Below are positions 24,701-33,700 of a DNA stretch of 64,000 nucleotides, piece by piece. The position numbers and the translations under genes are program-made. The stretch is from Nemertoderma westbladi (taxonomy: Eukaryota > Animalia > Xenacoelomorpha). Where the stretch lies: contig JAUCBJ010009088.1 of assembly GCA_032718475.1 (NCBI GenBank), positions 102,262-166,261 of the forward strand. Reading direction: 5' to 3'. Each line of letters starts with the position of its first letter. Within the stretch, counting starts at the first letter, position 1. Below the pieces are notes generated by a model that was not told where the DNA came from, searched no databases, and worked only from the letters and a program-made list of their open reading frames with translations.

Positions 24701-26318
24701 TTATTTCAGGTTCATCGACTATAGTAGGGAGTCTTTTGACCTGGATAAATTGTTCTATGGGTTCTGCACTACCTAAATCTGTGCTAGTTAGCTGTCTTTT
24801 AACAGCTGGGGGCAAATCAGGCAATTTACGACGGTAATATGTTTTTCTACGCCTACTTAGATGAGATCTATCTCCTCCGCCTTCAGGGTCGGTAGTATCG
24901 CCTTCTTCCGATGATGTGTACCCCTGGCGCTTGGGAGTAGATTTTCTCATCAGCTGCATTTGATTAGCAGTAAACTGTTTATTTATACTGTCTTGTGTCT
25001 CTTGCAGATTTTCCAACTCCAGTTGGGTAGTCTGCTCAGAGGCTCTCCGTTCTGCTTCGGCTACTGCCCTTTCCGCCTTTGCTTCTGCCGCCGCTGCCCT
25101 TCTTTCTGCTTCTGCTTCTGCCATAGCTTCCGCCATAGCCGCCGTTTTTTGTTCCTCTATCCTTCTTTTCTTTATTTGTTCTTCTCGGACTCTAGTGAGG
25201 CGGAGTTTTTCATCACATTCAGCTTGGTTTGCAGCTAACATTTCGGCATCGATCGAGTCCAATATAAGCTTGGTTCCTTCACTATTAGGGGAAAGTCCAT
25301 GTAGCCGTCTCCTCAACTCTTCGTCTCCTAGGAATCGCTGATAGTCGGACAAATAAATGTCGATAGCGTCTCTAGTTCGCGGTTTCTCGGCGGCCTCTTC
25401 GCTTTCCGCTTGAGAAAGGGTGACATCAGTTTGTTCTTCACAAGTTGATCTCTCAGCCAGCTGGGATTTCCACGTGGCCGTTTCCTGTACTTTGAGATCT
25501 ACCCGATGTAACCAAGTTTTGACAGCAACCTGCAGCGACATGTCCTGTCTTCTTTTGGAAGTTTCCTCAAAGGCTGAGAGGATTAGTCGAATGCGTAGGG
25601 TTCTTTCACGTACTTGGTATAGCAGCTCTTCCTGCTCTTGAGGTCCTTGAAGTTGTCGAAACAGTTGTTCTTCCAAGCGCTCCAAGGAGCCGAAGAATCC
25701 CTGCACATATCCTGCTGCCGACCTCTTCCAAACAGCTGGATCCATTGTATCTTTTGCCACTCCCATCCTGTGTATATCTTCCCAAGTAGCCTCGGACATA
25801 TCAAACGGAAGTCCGAGTCCGGGAAAGTTCCATTGTGATTCAACAATAGATATCAATTCTTCCCTGGCGTATCCCGCGTAATTATCTTGGGTCGCTCGCC
25901 TATTCTTCGCCCAGTCGGCTTGATGTTCCTCCACCGCAATGAATATAGTAGTTAGCACTGCAGCAGGAAGAGTAAGAAGGGGGTCCGAGTAGACTTTATC
26001 AGACATCTGCACTCCATGTTCGGGAGTCAGCTCTACAGTATCCGAACTGCTGGAGCTATCGGGTCGCTGGGAAGTAGGTTCTTGACCAAGATGTTGCTGC
26101 GATAAGACAACTGCCTCTTGGTCCCGTTTTACCTGTGCCCTAGTGCCTATGATGGACCTATGGTGGACTAGCCTAGGGTCTGATACTACTGGAGGGATGA
26201 CCTTTTTTACAGTATGAGGTGAGCCGAACTCCTCTCTTATTCGCTCTACACTCCTATCTGAATCACAGATAGTGGTCTCGATCAGACTGTCCGACAGGTT
26301 TTGCTGAGTGTCAGACAT
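21762..26318 (-). CDS. gag: BEL/Pao Gag-aspartic protease polyprotein fused to vestigial RNase H and integrase C-terminal peptides (1518 aa)
   Basis: DUF1759-like FNGDEMKW...EKLRFLIKCLEG; knuckles CALCDGPHRLSAC, CYNCLRSGHQRRTC, CAKCGAKHHILLH; protease ALLDSGSTGTFI; then WRHC..INPADIASRG and RPASRLCLLE; no YxDD or DDE core seen. Confidence 0.92.
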   Translation of the reverse strand: MSDTQQNLSDSLIETTICDSDRSVERIREEFGSPHTVKKVIPPVVSDPRLVHHRSIIGTRAQVKRDQEAVVLSQQHLGQEPTSQRPDSSSSSDTVELTPEHGVQMSDKVYSDPLLTLPAAVLTTIFIAVEEHQADWAKNRRATQDNYAGYAREELISIVESQWNFPGLGLPFDMSEATWEDIHRMGVAKDTMDPAVWKRSAAGYVQGFFGSLERLEEQLFRQLQGPQEQEELLYQVRERTLRIRLILSAFEETSKRRQDMSLQVAVKTWLHRVDLKVQETATWKSQLAERSTCEEQTDVTLSQAESEEAAEKPRTRDAIDIYLSDYQRFLGDEELRRRLHGLSPNSEGTKLILDSIDAEMLAANQAECDEKLRLTRVREEQIKKRRIEEQKTAAMAEAMAEAEAERRAAAAEAKAERAVAEAERRASEQTTQLELENLQETQDSINKQFTANQMQLMRKSTPKRQGYTSSEEGDTTDPEGGGDRSHLSRRRKTYYRRKLPDLPPAVKRQLTSTDLGSAEPIEQFIQVKRLPTIVDEPEIIRPVVPKVTSVLETPTLPELNSKFPLHSTTLPVPGGTVHSNTPVQIAEREINNLSPVVPRQPATMLATPASAVEWVEEGRRGMNLLLGQMQETVHQLKGTVRESRAELQEVQQSIALERDKLVNIQKGIPMPPVTLCQPVRSEVLHAQGVEPTRIYTASEVETPIANPIKGDYRPVINDIPYRPDNDPRNLYTDNSILNNMMAQESFTRQMARTEARQAVKVGEIVKFNGDEMKWLPFNEYYKDSIQNSVLSNGEKLRFLIKCLEGPPKLMALKFIGHPEGLRQVWDTLNIRYGNKDNIAKYLYTKLVAPRHFLSSGIIEFSDEIQEICRQLDWLGKSHEYQSSMVIGAVVSTLPKGGVCTRWDKKVLYMNEQQRRSPTMADLMSFLDSEVKLQLIRQAREKTSENKVSEKPDSRRRIIPVCYTDDGESQASQEEDSGKDTAKSYYDNKTYKDVSKYKSRTSDRREQVTTTPPTSPKRIHGRKPEERTRVQNVNQVKVSNIKPKCALCDGPHRLSACAEFLKKSPVDRPTVLWNKRLCYNCLRSGHQRRTCYSDVKCAKCGAKHHILLHSEFERDNPSQVSEPELHVQFSDVNDTDQGSEWEGFYTDEFSDANESCYLINTTVYRALTDEKDTDEFTPTPFDKQPSWKVPTSNIGIREFPVVQVRVHGPNKSYIVNALLDSGSTGTFIDQELAEDIFAGQPKFRTKLNMSGIMQVWKSTLTADYYVGVLSTPQDKLGTQGIRSVKMVAIKNFATTQAEPYNWDEDECIQHLEIPRFQTDYPGVQILIGQNAHEALEPLEKRPAQPQPLQTYAVRTRVGWYFTGPSRRTLKERFPPQQVYQVKGEVESSDVDDPTEGTPYSSDNDDINSNVDQWRHCLGTINPADIASRGATPQELIDTPGWLGGSDSLSKEEEEWPPHLTTAEIRQAKGAEKVTQQLNRPASRLCLLERDRKLSENYGRQATLPTTTSLIRQISRDSIT

Positions 26319-27659
26319 GTTTAGTTATACAGTTGAATGTCTACTACTATAGTTTCAGTTAAAGCAAGTCTAGTAATTCCGTATGACCGCAAGCCTAGCG
26401 ATTTATTACCGGTACCGTTACCCAGTGTAACGTGATATATACACAATATATTAGAATACCGGTATGCTTATAATATATAAGTGTTATTACAGACTAGATG
26501 TGTCACAGAGTACCGGTATAATTTTAGCACAAATATATATATATATAGTAGGCCTATAATGAATACCGGTATACAGCTTACACTTATAGGATATAAGTAT
26601 AATTCTGGACTAGAATTAATTACAGAGTACCGGTATGATTTCAGCTCAAATTTATAGAAATAAATATAATAAGCCTATGGTAAGTACCGGTATGTCAATT
26701 ATTTTTAGAATAATTGAATTTCTGAATATTTTGGGGTTACTTCGTTACTTTAACTTACTTTATTACCGTTATTTAAGCAGTAGTCCAACTGACAGTGAGA
26801 CCTAGTTGTTGTATGGCAGGCCTACTATTTATAAATCGTTTGAGTTGATTTATAATAGATATATACCCGTTTAAAAAGGGGTTTTGACAATATTTGAAAT
26901 AAATGTTATTATTTCTGGGGAAGTCACTACACAGAAGCTGAGCGCTCTCAGTGAAGTGTTATTTATTTGACACTAAAACTGATAATTCTAATTTACCTAA
27001 GTTACTTAATACTACAAATTACTTACGATACGGGTGAGATTAATTCTCTAATTAAACACAACAAAATATTACGTACGAAATTTTTAGGGTAATTTTACAG
27101 GAAGTCTACAAACCAGTCCAACAAAGGGTTAGATTTCTGGTTATCACAAAGGACAGGGTACTACGGTATTTAAATAATAAGTAGTAGTAAATATATTGTA
27201 CTGTCCAGATAGGAAAATACCACCGCCTGACGACCTATAACCGTATCGCTATAGGTACTACGTTATGTATCACGGATTGTTCCTACCCGGAAGCTAATAG
27301 AGCTAACGAATGTGCCTATCAACCACTTTACAACACAAATATACTGCCTACACTAATTACTTCGGAAGGCACTGTACACTAAACCCTAAATTAGGTACAA
27401 GTACCGGTATAACAAATAATCAGTAGTTAAATATACTTGAACAGTTAAAAGAACCACGGCATCTGCTGGAGTGACCGAAGCACAAAGTCGTCAGTCTTTA
27501 CCTACGCCAAGCAGCCCTGATGTAGTACCGGGGTTAGTTTAACTATAACGGTATGTATAACAAGCACAATTACTGTAGGAATAAACTTGGGGACATGAAT
27601 GTTGCGAATAATCGCATAAACTCTGAATAATAAATATTACGCTACCCGTACAGAATACT

Positions 27660-28200
27660 CAAACAAATACAAACCAAACGCTGGCAGACTACTATTAAGC
27701 CTAAACAAACTACTGTATGTGCAGATTCTGAAACTGTTAGTTAGTATGCGTGCTAACACGGTAGTACAACTTACTCTTTAAGAGGGGATTGACCTTACAG
27801 CTTATGGCTGCCCCAACTTACTAACGGCGCTTTATCAGACCAACTCTACACACGCAGCAATCCCTTCAGACCTAAAAATAGCTAGACAACAATCCAGCCT
27901 ACAAATATTTGAGTAATAACTATTACGGTACCTGAACAGACCACACAAACAAACACAGGCTAAAACACTGGCAGACTACGATCAAGCCTAGATAAACTAC
28001 AGTATATGCAGACTCTGAAACTGTTAGTTAGTATGCGTGCTAACACGGTAGTACGACTTACTCTTTAAGAGGGGATTGACCTTACAGTTATGACTGCCCC
28101 AACTTACTAACGGCACTTTATCAGACAAACTCTACACACGCCGTAATCTCTCCAAACCCAACCACAGTCAGACAGCAGCTCAGCCTACAATTATCTGAAC
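27660..28200. repeat. ~290-bp tandem duplication in the BEL leader
   Basis: CTGGCAGACTAC...CTGAAACTGTTAGTTAGTATGCGTGCTAACACGG...CAGCCTACAA occurs twice. Confidence 0.85.
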
Positions 28201-28562
28201 AATCTGAGCAGGGTCACACGCCTTCTGCTCAATATTAACTTACTAGGAAATAAAACTGACAGAAATAAGTAAGCTCCAAAAGAAACAAGGGGTGTACAGT
28301 CCCTAATCTCTTAAACAGCCTACCGGTATACAATAATCAAATCGAATAATACTAAATGTACTTGTACAGCAGTACCGGTACCGGTGATGACAGTTAGGCC
28401 TACTGACCTACAAAGTACCGGTTCAGTTTTACCGGTCACTACGGTATTTTGCAACCTTATTGCCTACTGCAATAAGATTGCAAACTGTTACTGTTCGACA
28501 GAACAGTATTTTACTGTATTTAATGCCTACACTTGCAACCTTATTGCTTACTGCAATAAGAT

Positions 28563-28575
28563 TATAAACTGTTAC
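28563..28575 (-). promoter_or_regulatory. Non-tRNA primer-binding-site candidate, complementary to LTR segment 29343-29355
   Basis: Minus strand right after the 5' LTR reads GTAACAGTTTATA (no TGG); the LTR minus strand contains TATAAACTGTTAC. Confidence 0.6.
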
Positions 28576-29834
28576 TGTTCGCGCTTTTGAAGACCTTTAG
28601 CAGTTTAACCTGCCAAAATTTATATGTCTTCTAGTTACTTAAAACCACTTTAGCATACGACAATATTTTATGCTAATACGCAAAACATTAGCCGAAGTCA
28701 GCCCATGCGCGATCATTCACCCGATGGATCTACACCCGGGAGACTGAATTCGGATGCTTGAATTGTATTATTACAGTGTAAGGTTGCAGTGTAAACTTAC
28801 TGTATTATTCGATAGATCGTTAATAATTAATCTCTGACAGATATTATTGGCTTTCGGGAAATATTAACAGTTCCTTTAGGACGTGGCGCTTTATCTATTT
28901 AAACAGAACTAAGACTTATACTAAACGCAACGATACTGCTTATGATTGAAGTATAAAGCGTATTCTTTAGGAAATACTTTGTTACCAATCACAATCATAC
29001 ACACTATTCTGCCGACAGTCAGTATTTTTGATCACACATAAAGAGAGCAGTAATTGACTCACGTAGGGTCTGCTAAATAACATTGGATTCAATACACACC
29101 ACATTAATATAAATCGCAATTGTTATGTATAGCCGGTCTCTCTAACCTGTAGTGTATCAAGGAAATTGGGAATTTGGGTGATTTATCCGTATTATCCAAA
29201 TAACAATATTTCCATCAACAAATAGGTACAATTAATAACTGACGGTAAAATAACAGTACAAACAATATGATTAATGCAATTAAATTAAGTGAGTTAATGC
29301 TGTCTTTCGATTTGATTGATTAATTAATTGAGATTTGTTTCGGTAACAGTTTATACTTTCGATAATTCAAGCAGTTTACTAGAGTTCTTCCCAAAAGGCC
29401 GGTGTTTCTGGCTTAGACAGCAATAACAACAAAGTATCAAGTAAAAACAGTAAGACTGAACACTCTCCTTATGATCGGCAGAAAAGCTACACGTCGACAG
29501 GAAAAACCGCCCTGATTGGCCCAAGCCAAACAAAGAACCACGCGTCCAATGGCTGTTTCCATGTCAGCAACCAGCTGCTAGATGTCGTAATATGAATCAT
29601 CACGGCTAAGCTGTGAAAGGTAGTTGGTGCATTACAAGTTTTTTGCCTTACCATGTCCGCCAAAACACGTATATAGCAGAATGATTTTTATGTCCGTTAA
29701 AACACCTGTAAAGGTACCTTGCGGGCGAGGGGAATATATATACAGTTAGAAAACCTTTTTAGAGTATTCCAGCGCCTGGGGGAGAACTGGCCAGCAAAGG
29801 CAAACGTATCAGTTATCCCACAAAAGCTTTTACA
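28576..29834 (-). repeat. 5' LTR of the BEL/Pao element
   Basis: Minus strand TGTAAAAGC...GCGCGAACA; direct repeat of 17353-18611. Confidence 0.96.
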
Positions 29835-30260
29835 GGTGTCGAGGATTAGCGCGTACTGGTCCTAGACGCCGAAACGCAACCATATTTTTAACAAATTAAT
29901 TATTTTTGTCTTAGTCCTACCTCTTTCACGGCGACAAAAATGTCATATATTTTCTTATAGAATATAGCCTTAGCTTTTGTGCAGTTTAATACCGGTATCA
30001 TTTAGTGTATGGCGGTTAGGTTTTAGGGTTAGGGTTGCAATACATACTTGTATGTGGAGCATGGTATAATATATTTTGTTTGTGTTTTTTTGTTTGTTTT
30101 GTGTTCCTTGATGGCCTTAGGGTCTGGAAGGTATTTTGGGCTTAATGTCCTGATACTATACTTTTGTTTGTGTTTTTTGTTTGTTTTGTTTTGTGTTCCT
30201 TGATGGCCTTAGGGTCTGGAAGGTATTTTGGGCTTAATGTCCTGATTCTATATTTTTTTT

Positions 30261-30777
30261 GTGGGGCGAGCCACGAAGTTGGCGGAGCCTTAGCGAATTG
30301 ACACTGTTAGGGGGTGGGTCAATTTATGCAAATAGTTGTCGTCGTCGTCGTCGTCGTCGTTGTCGTCGTCGTCGTCGTCGTTGTCGTCGTCGTCGTTACG
30401 ATTTTGACATGCTAATAACTTTGTCGGATTTAAAGCTGCCAAGTTGAAAATTTGTAGGTATCAATATGAGCAAAAGTTGAGATTTTTGAAAGACTTTCAG
30501 ACACCATCAGTGCAATGGTCTCCCGCTAGAGGGCCACATGTCTAAACATTAAATGCCCTCCCATTTCTTTGCTTTTAATCCGTTTAAGCTGAAACTTGGC
30601 AGATATGTATTAGACCATTAGCTGTGACTTTCAAAGGAGGCGAATCCATCTGCAGTTCTCCAGTCTGCCGCTAGAGGGCCAACGTGACTATTTGCATAAA
30701 TTGACCTACCCCCTAACAGTGTCAATTCGCTAAGGCTCTGCCAACTTCGTGCTGCGCGAAGTCCCCACTTCGTGCAG
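30261..30777 (+). mobile_element. Non-autonomous Helentron/HINE-like element inserted in a satellite T-run
   Basis: ~60-bp subterminal inverted repeats, internal (GTC)n microsatellite, 3' hairpin CTGCGCGAAGT-CCCC-ACTTCGTGCAG, T-rich target, no TSD. Confidence 0.7.
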
Positions 30778-33700
30778 TTAAATGGTGTAAGACTCTAGTG
30801 GTTACCTTAAAGTTAATATATACATCACAACCCCCTGTTAGTCAGTATGTCGGTACATTCAATTATCACATATGAAGATAGAGCAGAACTCCGGCATCAC
30901 TGCATGTTGTTAAATCTTATATAATTTTTGTGCTGTGTGTTTGCTCTAGCAAACTACCAGTTTTCCATTGGTAACATGTTTACTTACCGTAGGCCTATAG
31001 GGTTCCAATGTTCTGAGGTCTGAAGTCTGTTTGGGCTGAGTGGTAACTGAGTTGATGGTGCGATTAATTTAGGTCAATGGTGCAATATAGTTAGGCTTGG
31101 CTAATTCCCTGTCCAGCTGATGAGGTGTCGAGGATTAGCGCGTACTGGTCCTAGACGCTGAAACGCAACCATATTTTTAACAAATTAATTATTTTTGTCT
31201 TAGTCCTACCTCTTTCACGGCGACAAAAATGTCATATATTTTCTTATAGAATATAGGCTTAGCTTTTGTGCAGCTTAATACCGGTATCATTTAGTGTATG
31301 GCGGTTAGGTTTTAGGGTTAGGGTTGCGATACATACTTGTATGTGGAGCATGGTATAATATATTTTGTTTGTGTTTTTTGTTTGTTTTGTTTTGTGTTCC
31401 TTGATGGCCTTAGGGTCTGGAAGGTATTTTGGGCTTAATGTCCTGATACTATACTTTTGTTTGTGTTTTTTGTTTGTTTTGTTTTGTGTTCCTTGATGGC
31501 CTTAGGGTCTGGAAGGTATTTTGGGCTTAATGTCCTGATTCTATATTTTTTTGTAGTTAAAGGGTGTAAGACTCTAGTGGTTACCTTAAAGTTAATATAT
31601 ACATCACAACCCCCTGTTAGTCAGTATGTCGGTACATTCAATTATCACATATGAATATAAAGCAGAACTCCGGCATCACTGCATGTTGTTAAATCTTATA
31701 TAATTTTTGTGCTGTGTGTTTGCTCTAGCAAACTACCAGTTTTCCATTGGTAACATGTTTATTGACCGTAGGCCTATAGGGTTCCAATGTTCTGAGGTCT
31801 GAAGTCTGTTTGGGCTGAGTGGTAACTGAGTTGATGGTGCGATTAATTTAGGTCAATGGTGCAATATAGTTAGGCTTGGCTAATTCCCTGTCCAGCTGAT
31901 GAGGTGTCGAGGATTAGCGCGTACTGGTCCTAGACGCCGAAACGCAACCATATTTTTAACAAATTAATTATTTTTGTCTTAGTCCTACCTCTTTCACGGC
32001 GACAAAAATGTCATATATTTTCTTATAGAATATAGGCTTAGCTTTTGTGCAGTTTAATATCGGTATCATTTAGTGTATGGCGGTTAGGTTTTAGGGTTAG
32101 GGTTGCGATACATACTTGTATGTGGAGCATGGTATAATATATTTTGTTTGTGTTTTTTGTTTGTTTTGTTTTGTGTTCCTTGATGGCCTTAGGGTCTGGA
32201 AGGTATTTTGGGCTTAATGTCCTGATACTATACTTTTGTTTGTGTTTTTTGTTTGTTTTGTTTTGTGTTCCTTGATGGCCTTAGGGTCTGGAAGGTATTT
32301 TGGGCTTAATGTCCTGATTCTATATTTTTTTTGTAGTTAAAGGGTGTAAGACTCTAGTGGTTACCTTAAAGTTAATATATACATCACAACCCCCTGTTAG
32401 TCAGTATGTCGCTACATTCAATTATCACATATGAATATAGAGCAGAATTCCGGCATCACTGCATGTTGTTAAATCTTATATAATTTTTGTGCTGTGTGTT
32501 TGCTCTAGCAAACTACCAGTTTTCCATTGGTAACATGTTTACTTACCGTAGGCCTATAGGGTTCCAATGTTCTGAGGTCTGAAGTCTGTTTGGGCTGAAT
32601 GGTAACTGAGTTGATGGTGCGATTAATTTAGGTCAATGGTGCAATATAGTTAGGCTTGGCTAATTCCCTGTCCAGCTGATGAGGTGTCGAGGATTAGCGC
32701 GTACTGGTCCTAGACGCCGAAACGCAACCATATTTTTAACAAATTAATTATTTTTGTCTTAGTCCTACCTCTTTCACGGCGACAAAAATGTCATATATTT
32801 TCTTATAGAATATAGGCTTAGCTTTTGTGCAGTTTAATACCGGTATCATTTAGTGCATGGCGGTTAGGTTTTAGGGTTAGGGTTGCGATACATACTTGTA
32901 TGTGGAGCATGGTATAATATATTTTGTTTGTGTTTTTTGTTTGTTTTGTTTTGTGTTCCTTGATGGCCTTAGGGTCTGGAAGGTATTTTGGGCTTAATGT
33001 CCTGATACTATACTTTTGTTTGTGTTTTTTGTTTGTTTTGTTTTGTGTTCCTTGATGGCCTTAGGGTCTGGAAGGTATTTTGGGCTTAATGTCCTGATTC
33101 TATATTTTTTTTGTAGTTAAAGAGTGTAAGACTCTAGTGGTTACCTTAAAGTTAATATATACATCACAACCCCCTGTTCGTCAGTATGTCGGTACATTCA
33201 ATTATCACATATGAATATAGAGCAGAACTCCGGCATCACTGCATGTTGTTAAATCTTATATAATTTTTGTGCTGTGTGTTTGCTCTAGCAAACTACCAGT
33301 TTTCCATTGGTAACATGTTTACTTACCGTAGGCCTATAGGGTTCCAATGTTCTGAGGTCTGAAGTCTGTTTGGGCTGAGTGGTAACTGAGTTGATGGTGC
33401 GATTAATTTAGGTCAATGGTGCAATATAGTTAGGCTTGGCTAATTCCCTGTCCAGCTGATGAGGTGTCGAGGATTAGCGCGTACTGGTCCTAGACGCCGA
33501 AACGCAACCATATTTTTAACAAATTAATTATTTTTGTCTTAGTCCTACCTCTTTCACGGCGACAAAAATGTCATATATTTTCTTATAGAATATAGGCTTA
33601 GCTTTTGTGCAGTTTAATACCGGTATCATTTAGTGTATGGCGGTTAGGTTTTAGGGTTAGGGTTGCGATACATACTTGTATGTGGAGCATGGTATAATAT

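Larger units (their letters stand above)
17353..29834 (-). mobile_element. Young BEL/Pao LTR retrotransposon, non-autonomous (RT and integrase core deleted)
   Basis: 1259-bp TG...CA LTRs with about 5 differences seen; 5-bp TSD GGTGT (17348-17352, 29835-29839); purine-rich GGGAGCGG next to the 3' LTR (18612-18619); BEL-type Gag-PR. Confidence 0.95.

Noticed and set aside
31805-31895. Patchy resemblance of the satellite to U4 snRNA (GCGATTA, TGCAATATAGT..GGC.TTGGC)
   Set aside because: Spacing is far too short and the Sm site is missing; probably chance, though an Rfam scan would settle it
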